Assembly: GCA_963829525.1 (NCBI GenBank)
Contig: CAWHIJ010000003.1
Coordinates: 832,001-896,000 of the forward strand
Direction: 5' to 3'
Length of the DNA stretch: 64,000 bases
DNA from: an uncultured Actinomycetota bacterium
GTDB taxonomy: Bacteria > Actinomycetota > Actinomycetes > JAHEKZ01
Both the position numbers and the translations under genes were made by a program. Position 1 is the stretch's first letter; every line of letters begins with the position of its first letter. The notes under the pieces are model-generated. The model had not been told where the DNA came from. It was given only the letters and a program-made list of their open reading frames with translations, and did no database searches. Shown here piece by piece: positions 53,692 to 62,534 of the stretch.

Positions 53692-55295
53692 GCGGCATGG
53701 ACGCGGTCAAGGGCAGAGGAGCCATCGAGCTCGAGAACGGCGATATCTACAGCCATCACAACGCTGTTGAGACGATCCTCATTCAGTGGGGACTACCACT
53801 GGTTGCTGTCGGTCTTGCCTGGATGACAACAGGACTGAGCGGCGCCGATTTCACCAGGGTCATCGGCTGGTCTTCGATCGGCCTGATGGTTGCTACTTCC
53901 GCGGTGACCACCGTGTTGGCCGTCTACTCATGGCGACGGCGGATCTACATGGAGATCACCGACTGGTGGGACGGGATTGCTGCACTCGTACTTACGGCCG
54001 GCCTGATCGGGCTGGCTACCGCGACCGGCGGATACCAGAGCCCGGTCTGGTTCGTTCCTTTTGCGGCAGCTGCGTACATAGCGGCCGTCTTCGTCTACCA
54101 ACGCGGCTATCTCGCGCTGGCCTCTCTCTTGGCCATGGTGGTTGCGGCCGGTGTTGTCGCCGATGGCATGACTCAGTCTGACCTTGCCTACGGGCTCGCG
54201 ATTGCCTTGTCGATGTCGGTCACGTTCATGCTCGTCAAAGAGCTTGGTCGGGTGATGTACGACTTGATCTGGGAGACCGGGGAGCATCGGATCTCGCTCA
54301 TCCAAACCGTCTCTGGACTCCGCGAGGTGCTCTCGCGAACCGCCAAAGGTGACTTCACTCAGCTTGCCGAGGACTCCGCCGAGGACGAGACGGCGCTTGA
54401 GCTGCAGGAGAGCGTCAACGAGACCGTGCTGAGTCTTCGCTCGCTGGTGGAACAGGTTCGGCTGAGCGGCCGCCAACTCACGGAGGCCGCTGCGTCGATG
54501 GTGGGGGTCGCACAGCAGCAAGTGGCCGGTGCTGCTCAGCAGAACGGAACCGTCTCGGAGACGACGGCGACGATTGAGGAGTTGGCGGCGACGGCGGCTC
54601 AGATTGCTGAGACGGCTGGGTCGGTGGCTCGGGTTGCGGCTGAGACGTTGGCGTTGACTGATGAGGGTCGGGGTGCGGTGGCTGAGTCGGTTGAGGCGAT
54701 GGATCAGATTCGGTCGGTGGTGGATCAGATTGGGGTGTCGTCTGCGGGGTTGGGGGACAAGATCACGCAGGTGGGTCAGATTTTGTCGTTGATTGATGAG
54801 TTGTCTGAGCAGACGAATTTGTTGGCGTTGAATGCGGCGATTGAGGCGGCTCGTGCGGGTGAGCATGGGCGTGGGTTTGCGGTGGTGGCTGCTGAGGTGC
54901 GGAAGTTGGCGGAGCGGGCTCAGGAGTCGACGAGCCAGATTCAGGGGATTGTGACTGAGATTCAGGCGCATACGCGGTCGACGGTGTTGGCGTCTGAGGA
55001 GGGTGCTCGGGCTGCTGAGCGTGGGTCGGGTAAGGCTGCTGGTGCGGTGGTGGCGTTGGATCGGATTGCGGCGATGGTTGATGAGGCGACCGGTGCTGCT
55101 GAGGAGATCAGTATTGCGACGCAGCAGCAGCGGTCGGCGTCTGATCAGGTGGTGGTCGCGATGACCCAGGTCTCCGAAGTCTCCCGGCAAACGTCATCGG
55201 GTGCTGAGGCCGGCGTGACAGCGGCAGCTCAGCTCGACGTGCTGGCCACCGAACTCGGAGAGTCGATTGCAGCGTTCAGGACGGAGGAGCCATGA
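53688..55295 (+). CDS. Methyl-accepting chemotaxis protein 2 (divergent signalling domain)
   Basis: About 6 TM segments; [37 protein letters not shown]; GTGA overlap with MCP1. Confidence 0.93.
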   Translation: MSGMDAVKGRGAIELENGDIYSHHNAVETILIQWGLPLVAVGLAWMTTGLSGADFTRVIGWSSIGLMVATSAVTTVLAVYSWRRRIYMEITDWWDGIAALVLTAGLIGLATATGGYQSPVWFVPFAAAAYIAAVFVYQRGYLALASLLAMVVAAGVVADGMTQSDLAYGLAIALSMSVTFMLVKELGRVMYDLIWETGEHRISLIQTVSGLREVLSRTAKGDFTQLAEDSAEDETALELQESVNETVLSLRSLVEQVRLSGRQLTEAAASMVGVAQQQVAGAAQQNGTVSETTATIEELAATAAQIAETAGSVARVAAETLALTDEGRGAVAESVEAMDQIRSVVDQIGVSSAGLGDKITQVGQILSLIDELSEQTNLLALNAAIEAARAGEHGRGFAVVAAEVRKLAERAQESTSQIQGIVTEIQAHTRSTVLASEEGARAAERGSGKAAGAVVALDRIAAMVDEATGAAEEISIATQQQRSASDQVVVAMTQVSEVSRQTSSGAEAGVTAAAQLDVLATELGESIAAFRTEEP

Positions 55296-56884
55296 ACGAG
55301 AAGTTCAGTGGTCGCGACATGTTTGCGACGAGCTCGGTCCATCTTCTCCTGCTTGTGCTTGCGGTAAGTGCTTGGTTACTTGAAGGGCACTTCACTCCGG
55401 TTGTGCTGTTGGCGCCCGCTCTCAACCTGGTTGCCATCGTCTCAATCTGCGTAACGGCTCTGACAGCGACGGCCCTGTCCGTCCGGGCATGGCGCGGTCA
55501 GTTGGGGATCGACACCACCTCAGTTTGGGATCCAGTGACATGCCTTTTCCAACTGTCTGCCGCGCTGGTGATGTGTTACACGCTGGGGGGATTCAATGGA
55601 AGCGGCTGGGGGCTGGTACTGGTCCTGCTGCCGTATCTGGGCGTTGTCTTCTCAGACGTCCAATTGCGTGGGTTGGCCGTAGCTGTAGGGGTGGGCATTG
55701 CGAGCGCGGGTTGGCTGTCTCAGAGCTGGACTGCCGAGAACATTCCCACCGCCTTCATGGTGGTGGCGGTGGCTGTGCTGGGAACGTGGTTCACCGAGCA
55801 ATCAGCTACTTACCTCTTCAACATGCGGCGCCGAGCGCAGGCCCAACAGAACGAGCTTGAACTGCGAATCGCAACAATCTCTACTGCCCTTGGGGCCGCC
55901 GCTGCAGGTGACCTGACTGTGCATACTCCGAAAGAGTTGAGTATGGATGGCGGTGGTTCAGACCTGCAGGTCGACCAACTTGGCTCCTTGGCACGGTCGT
56001 TTGATCATACGTTGGAGTCGTTGCGGGGTTTGGTGTCTCGGGTGCGGGTGGGTGGGGAGCAGATTGGGGTGTCTGCTTCGCAGGTGTTGGTGGCTGCTCG
56101 GGAGCAGGCTGCTGCTGCGTCTGAGCAGTCGTCTGCTGTGGCGGAGACGTCGGCGACGATTGAGGAGTTGGCGGCGACGGCGGCTCAGATTGCTGAGACG
56201 GCTGAGCAGGTGGCGTTGTTTGCGTCGGAGACGTTGGGGTTTGCTGAGCAGGGTCGGGTGGCGGTGTCGGCGTCGGTGGCGTCGATGGATCAGATTTCTG
56301 TTCGGGTGGATCAGATTGCGTCGAGGGCGTTGGGGTTGGGGGAGAAGGGGCAGGAGATTGGTCGGATTTTGCAGGTGATTGATGAGTTGGCTGATCAGAC
56401 GAATTTGTTGGCGTTGAATGCGGCGATTGAGGCTGCTCGTGCGGGTGAGCATGGGCGTGGGTTTGCGGTGGTGGCTGCGGAGATTCGGAAGTTGGCGGAG
56501 CGGTCGCAGGAGTCTGCTGGTCAGATTCAGTCGATTGTGACGCAGATTCAGGCGGAGACGAACGCGACGATTTTGGCTTCTGAGGAGGGGTCGCGGGAGG
56601 TGCATCAGGGGTCTGCGTTGGCGCGGGATGTGGTGGGGGCGTTGGAGCGGATTTCGGGGATGGTTGATGAGACGACGACTGCTGCGAAGGAGATCAGTAT
56701 TGCGACGCAGCAGCAGCGTTCGGCGTCGGAGCAGGTGGTGTCGGCGATGGGTCAGGTTGCTGATGTGTCGCGGCAGTATGCGGTGGGGTCTAAGCAGGCG
56801 GCGGCTGCTGCTACGGAGCTGAACGTTCTCGCTGGTGACCTCCGCGCCTCCATCGCCCAATTCAAAACCGGCAACAACGCCTAG
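55292..56884 (+). CDS. Methyl-accepting chemotaxis protein 3
   Basis: Same architecture as MCP1; ATGA overlap with MCP2. Confidence 0.93.
   Translation: MNEKFSGRDMFATSSVHLLLLVLAVSAWLLEGHFTPVVLLAPALNLVAIVSICVTALTATALSVRAWRGQLGIDTTSVWDPVTCLFQLSAALVMCYTLGGFNGSGWGLVLVLLPYLGVVFSDVQLRGLAVAVGVGIASAGWLSQSWTAENIPTAFMVVAVAVLGTWFTEQSATYLFNMRRRAQAQQNELELRIATISTALGAAAAGDLTVHTPKELSMDGGGSDLQVDQLGSLARSFDHTLESLRGLVSRVRVGGEQIGVSASQVLVAAREQAAAASEQSSAVAETSATIEELAATAAQIAETAEQVALFASETLGFAEQGRVAVSASVASMDQISVRVDQIASRALGLGEKGQEIGRILQVIDELADQTNLLALNAAIEAARAGEHGRGFAVVAAEIRKLAERSQESAGQIQSIVTQIQAETNATILASEEGSREVHQGSALARDVVGALERISGMVDETTTAAKEISIATQQQRSASEQVVSAMGQVADVSRQYAVGSKQAAAAATELNVLAGDLRASIAQFKTGNNA
55994..56869 (+). 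repeat. MCP signalling-domain repeat, copy 2
   Basis: Appears identical to 57811-58686, including a 24-bp 5' extension absent from copy 1. Confidence 0.92.
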
Positions 56885-56945
56885 AGGTCCAGACCGACGT
56901 AGTCGGGTCCAGACTCCTCAGGACCGGGGCCATCCCCCATTTGGG

Positions 56946-56973
56946 CTACAGGACGCCTCCGGATCGACCGATG
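56946..56973 (+). promoter_or_regulatory. Internal sigma28/WhiG-type promoter upstream of MCP4-cheA
   Basis: CTACAGG-N14-ACCGATG: same -35 element and spacing as the cheW motif. Confidence 0.55.
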
Positions 56974-57015
56974 ACCCATCCAGGACGGAACCGCCTGACT
57001 GCCGATGGAGGAGAC

Positions 57016-58755
57016 GTGAGCGCGAGCACTGCTGTGGGTGAAAACCCAGCGCTCGAGTCCGTTCTGGACTCCATCGACCGGACCAAGTCCGGCGGCGCCT
57101 CGCTGTTCTTCAACCGGCGCAACTGTTCGAGACCACCTGCCTCCATTTCGGGCTCATCGCCTTCAGCGTGGCGCTGGGGTTGGTGTTCTTCCGAGGTCAG
57201 GACGAGCCGGTCGCGTCACCGCTCTGGGCGGTATGGGGCGCTGGCCTAGTTGTTGCGTGTGTGGCCGCACTGCTCGCTGTTCGCGCCTTCCGTCAGTCAC
57301 CACACATACCTCCGCACAGACCGCTGGGACACAGTGACGGGGGTTGCCCAAGCCGTTGTGCTCTCCCTTGCCACAATCTGGACCGGTGGTGTGTCGAGTG
57401 CCCAATGGTTATCGATCGTGGTGCTATCGGCCTATCTCGGGACGGTGATGGTCTACCGGGCCGGATGGGCGATGGCTGGGCTCTTGGCGGTGCTACCCGC
57501 CGTGACTCAGTATGCGGCTGAAGAAGCGCTTCCTGACGCGAGCTCAGAGTCTGTGACGATGCTGCTGGCCCTCACGCTCGGGCTGCCGGCTGCCTTCCTC
57601 ATCGTGCGCGGCGTTAGCCGTTCGCTCTACGACACTGCGGAAGGAACCGGCTGGGACCAGGCGCAACTGGTCGACCAGGTGCGCCAACTCTCGGAGGCAC
57701 TGGCTTCGGCCTCGCAGGGGGACCTAACCACGCGCGTGGAACTGGTCCACCTCGATGACTCCGCTAACGAGTTCGGGCTTGAGCGGACTCAGTACATCGT
57801 GGCGCTTTCGCGGTCGTTTGATCATACGTTGGAGTCGTTGCGGGGTTTGGTGTCTCGGGTGCGGGTGGGTGGGGAGCAGATTGGGGTGTCTGCTTCGCAG
57901 GTGTTGGTGGCTGCTCGGGAGCAGGCTGCTGCTGCGTCTGAGCAGTCGTCTGCTGTGGCGGAGACGTCGGCGACGATTGAGGAGTTGGCGGCGACGGCGG
58001 CTCAGATTGCTGAGACGGCTGAGCAGGTGGCGTTGTTTGCGTCGGAGACGTTGGGGTTTGCTGAGCAGGGTCGGGTGGCGGTGTCGGCGTCGGTGGCGTC
58101 GATGGATCAGATTTCTGTTCGGGTGGATCAGATTGCGTCGAGGGCGTTGGGGTTGGGGGAGAAGGGGCAGGAGATTGGTCGGATTTTGCAGGTGATTGAT
58201 GAGTTGGCTGATCAGACGAATTTGTTGGCGTTGAATGCGGCGATTGAGGCTGCTCGTGCGGGTGAGCATGGGCGTGGGTTTGCGGTGGTGGCTGCGGAGA
58301 TTCGGAAGTTGGCGGAGCGGTCGCAGGAGTCTGCTGGTCAGATTCAGTCGATTGTGACGCAGATTCAGGCGGAGACGAACGCGACGATTTTGGCTTCTGA
58401 GGAGGGGTCGCGGGAGGTGCATCAGGGGTCTGCGTTGGCGCGGGATGTGGTGGGGGCGTTGGAGCGGATTTCGGGGATGGTTGATGAGACGACGACTGCT
58501 GCGAAGGAGATCAGTATTGCGACGCAGCAGCAGCGTTCGGCGTCGGAGCAGGTGGTGTCGGCGATGGGTCAGGTTGCTGATGTGTCGCGGCAGTATGCGG
58601 TGGGGTCTAAGCAGGCGGCGGCTGCTGCTACGGAGCTGAACGTTCTCGCTGGTGACCTCCGCGCCTCCATCGCCCAATTCAAAACCACCGACGGGGCAAC
58701 CCGGCGAACCCACGAAAGCACCCCAGAGACCGAACCGGAGCGGGTGGACGTATGA
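57016..58755 (+). CDS. Methyl-accepting chemotaxis protein 4; two compensating frameshifts near 57123 and 57295
   Basis: RBS GGAGGAG plus GTG at 57016. The N-terminus FNRRN[11 protein letters not shown]..LAVRAFR is split over frames; the signalling domain matches MCP1 and MCP3. Confidence 0.88.
57811..58738 (+). repeat. MCP signalling-domain repeat, copy 3 (mosaic of copies 1 and 2)
   Basis: Shares its 5' extension and ACG allele with copy 2, and its 52-bp 3' extension with copy 1. Confidence 0.92.
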
Positions 58756-60959
58756 GTACCTGGGCCAATGACCCTGAGTTGGTCGCGACCTTTCGTCAGG
58801 AGGTAGAGGACCGCCTCGCCTCGCTCTGCGACGGGCTGCTAAAGCTCGAGGGCCACCCACAGCCACGCCAGCTCGTTGCTGCGATGTTCCGTGACGCGCA
58901 CACCGTCAAGGGTTCGGCACGGATGCTGGGTCTTGACGGTGTCGTGGATGCAGCCCATCGCGCAGAGGATCTCCTCGGCGCGATGCGGGACGGACGATTC
59001 GATCCCCGCCGTGATCTGGTTGACCTCCTCCTTGCAGCGGCCGAAGGCATCCGCCGGGGTCTGCCGGGTGCGGCACGGCCAATCTCCGATGACGACCTCA
59101 TCCGACTCAATGCCGCGTTGGACAGCGCTCTCGAAGGGCAGAACCCGGTCGATGTCCCGCGGTTCACTGTCTCTGACGATGAGGGAGACCTCGACGAGTC
59201 GAACCGTCCCAAGGCGGGTGAGTCAGTGCGCGTTCCTGTTCGACGTGTGCACGGCCTGCTCGATGTCGTTGGGGAGGCGGAGCTCGAGGCTCGGCGGGTT
59301 GAGCGTGGAGTTCTCGAACTCACCGGGCTCACATCTGAGCACGTTCGAATCGTACGAGTCATCCGGCAGCTAACAGCTACCGATGTGACGGTTCCTCCTG
59401 AGATCGCCGAGAGCCTGCACGGGCTCATCGCACTTGGTGACCAGTTTCAGGCTGTTGCACGAGAGATGCGCGGGTCCATGGAGGACGCCCAGAACCGACT
59501 CGCTCAAGTGCGCGACGGTGCGATGGGCTTGGCGATGGTGCCGGTACGTCGAGTCGTGGCAGCCTTCCCTCAGCTGGTACGCGAGGTGGCTGGATCCACG
59601 GGCAAGGATGTGCGGCTTCGCCTCATCGGTGAAGACATCGAGCTCGACACCCGTGTTCTCGACGGTGTCGCTGATGCGCTACGTCACCTGGTCACCAACG
59701 CTGTCGACCACGGCTGTGACTCTCCATCAGAGCGTCTTGCGGCAGGCAAGCCGGCCCAGGCAACGGTCACTGTCTCGGCAAGGGCTTCGGGCTCGACGAT
59801 CGTGATCGAGGTCTCCGATGACGGCTATGGCATCGACGAGGAGGCTCTGCGTCTGTCAGCCATCGAGCGTGGACTGCTGACCGCGGATACTCAGGTATCG
59901 GGCCAAGCGCTCTTCTCCGTTCTGTTCCAGCCAGGATTCAGCACACGTGACGAGGTGACATCGACGTCAGGACGCGGAGTCGGTTTGGACGTGGTGCGCA
60001 CCGCCGTCGAAGACCTCGGGGGAACAATCGAGATCGAGAGTGTGCTCGGTATCGGCACCAACTTCGTCATGACCCTGCCCGTCACACTTGGTGTGATGCG
60101 TTGTCTCGTTGCTCGGCTCGGCAACGAGCGGTATGCCGTCCCGGTCACCAACGTGGTCGAGACAATCAGCCTGGGCGATGTCGAGACTTCCACCGTGGCG
60201 GGTGCTCCGGTCCTCGTGCGACATGGATCGACGGTGCCTCTGGCAGACCTCGGACGTGCCCTTGGAGTGCCAGGAGAACGTGAGACCAAGGTTGGTGTCG
60301 TCGTTCGCTATGGCAGCGCGACTGAGCAGCTGGCGTGGGCAGTCGACGCGCTCGAAGGCGAGCTGGAGGTGGTCGTCAAGGATCTCGGCGGCTTCCTCGG
60401 GCGTCCGCCCTTCATCGGTGGAGGCACCATCGACAGCGATGGCAGCGTGATGCTGCTGCTCGACGTGCGTGAGATGGCTGTTGAGCAGTACACCCGCGGT
60501 ATCGCATTCGAGGCGCCCCCGTTCCCCAAGCAAGCGAGGGCACGCCCGCTGGGGCTGCGGCTGGTCGCACTCGGCTCGGAACCACGGGCAAGGCGCGTGT
60601 GCTGGTGGTGGAGGACTCAATCGGCGTCCGTGAGCTTCAGCGGGTCATCCTCGAGGGCGCTGGCTACGACGTCGTAACGGCTGTCGATGGCAGTGATGGT
60701 GCCGCCCGGCTGAATGGCGACCCGGTCGATCTGGTTCTGTCGGACGTCGAGATGCCAGGAATGGACGGCTTCACGCTCACCCGCACCATTCGGCGCACCC
60801 GCGGATGGGAGAGCCGTCCCAGTCGTGATCATGACCTCGAGGGGTGACGAGGCAGACAAGCGAGCCGGCCTCGACGCGGGCGCAAACGCCTACCTGCTCA
60901 AGAGCGAGTTCGACCAGACCCAGCTCGTCGATACCGTCCGGCGCCTTGTGGGGCGTTAG
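58752..60959 (+). CDS. cheA: CheA histidine kinase with fused CheW-like and C-terminal receiver domains; frameshifts near 60518 and 60813
   Basis: [38 protein letters not shown] and [10 protein letters not shown]. The receiver ([24 protein letters not shown]) is reached through a C-run frameshift. Confidence 0.9.
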
Positions 60960-60984
60960 ACCAGGTCGAGACCTTGAGGGACGT

Positions 60985-61009
60985 TAAGTCGGTGGGACTT
61001 TCCGCCGAA
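60985..61009 (+). promoter_or_regulatory. Putative sigma28/WhiG-type promoter of the REC-GAF gene
   Basis: TAAG-N15-GCCGAA, compared with the canonical TAAA-N15-GCCGATAA. Confidence 0.55.
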
Positions 61010-61041
61010 GTCCTCGGGGAGTGAAATAGAGAGGACGCCAC

Positions 61042-62002
61042 ATGCCGACGGTGGTCATTGCCGACGACAGCCCGACCCTGCGCCGTATCGTCTCGACGGT
61101 TCTGGAGCGCGAGGGCTACACCGTCGTGCAGGGCGAGGACGGCGTCCAGGCGGTCCAGTTGGTCTTCCGGCATATGCCAGACGCGGTTGTGCTGGACGTC
61201 CAGATGCCCCGGGTTTCCGGGTACGTCGCTGCGCGGCTTCTGAAGGACGACTGGCGGACCGCTGATATCCCGATACTGCTGCTGACCTCTCTCGATGCCG
61301 CGAGCGACCGGTACTGGGGCGCCCAAGCCGGGGCTGACCGGTTCCTCACCAAGGACTTCGAGGCTCCCCAGCTCGTCGAGGCGGTGCACGAGGTGCTTAG
61401 CGCCGCCGACGCAGCCCGAGGCGGGCGGCCACCACTTCGACCCGACCCGGTGGACATGCAAGACGACGATGTGTTCGGCAGTGTCAGCGACCTTCTCGAC
61501 CGCAAGCTCTTCGAGTCGTCAATCGCTGCCGAGGTGACGCAGATCGCCTCCGGTGTCCACGGGTTCGAGGAGACGATCGCTGAGGTGCTCGACGTCTTGA
61601 GTCGCGTGGTCGACTACGACCTCGCCGTCAGTTCTCATGCTCGATGACCACTCGACCTACATCAGGGTTGCTCGCGAGACGTCGCAGCAGCAGTACGGCG
61701 AGTTCTTCGAGGGTTTGGCGGACGCCGCCTCGGACAGCACCGGGACCGACGTGGCCGTTGGAGACCTACAGGCCAGGGTCGCCGACCCCGAGAGTTTCCT
61801 CGGAGCCGAGGACGAGGGTGAGATGGCGACCTTCCTTTCCATGCCTTTGAAGGCTGGCGGCCGGATGGTCGGAGTGCTGGCCCTCTCCAGTGCCAGGGCC
61901 AACGCGTTCGGCGAGACCTCGCTGAACACGCTGCGACTGGTGAGCTCACCAGCCGGAATCGTGGTGGCGAACGCCCGTTACGCGGGAGCCCAGGCACACT
62001 GA
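61042..62002 (+). CDS. Response regulator: receiver plus GAF domain, no enzymatic or DNA-binding output; frameshift near 61627
   Basis: IADDSPT, LDVQMP, LLTS and FLTKDF; GAF end FLSMPLKAGGRMVGVLALSS..NAF..LRLVS...VANAR in the next frame. Confidence 0.8.
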
Positions 62003-62028
62003 GTTCGCCGCCGGGTTAGAGTCGGCGG

Positions 62029-62534
62029 GTGTCCCCGACCCCTGACGAGTTTCGTGAGGCGGTCAGCCGTTTTGCCACAGGCATAACCGTCGTGACCTGC
62101 GTGGTGGACGGCTTTGACCACGCCATGACGGCGAATGCCTTTGCCTCGGTGTCGATCAACCCACTGCTCGTCATGGTGTGCGTTGAGCGTGACTCCCGCT
62201 TTCACGACGCGATCACGGCGAGCCAGACCTGGGGGGTATCGATTCTCGCCGCCGATGCTGAGCCGACGTCTCGGTGGTTTGCGACAAGGGGCCGGCCGCT
62301 GGCCGGCCAGCTCGAGCGCTCCGGTCACCACCGATCGCCTCGTTCGGGGGTGGCGTGGATCGACGGGGCGCTGGCATCGTTGGAGTGCAGTACCGCCGAG
62401 GTCCGCCGTGCAGGTGACCACGACATCGTGATCGGTGAGGTCGTCGAGCTGGAGATCGCCTCCAACGAGGCCGTTGCCCCGCTCCTCTACTTCCGGCGGA
62501 ACTACTGCTCGCTTTCCTCCGGAGATCCTCGTGA
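62029..62534 (+). CDS. Flavin reductase family protein; 3' end uncertain (probable frameshift)
   Basis: FREAVSRFATGITVVT, MTANAFASVS, AGDHDIVIGEV and PLLYFRRNY. Confidence 0.85.

Noticed and set aside
52768-58738. MCP repeats as DGR template/variable regions, a CRISPR array or an invertible shufflon
   Set aside because: No reverse transcriptase, cas or recombinase gene; no adenine-specific differences; the repeats are long, direct and coding.
52696-58866. Long antisense ORFs rich in Arg/His/Leu (52696-53646, 53928-55190, 55958-56860, 57724-58866) and Arg/Trp-rich off-frame ORFs
   Set aside because: By-products of the skewed MCP codons; low-complexity translations with no recognisable motifs.
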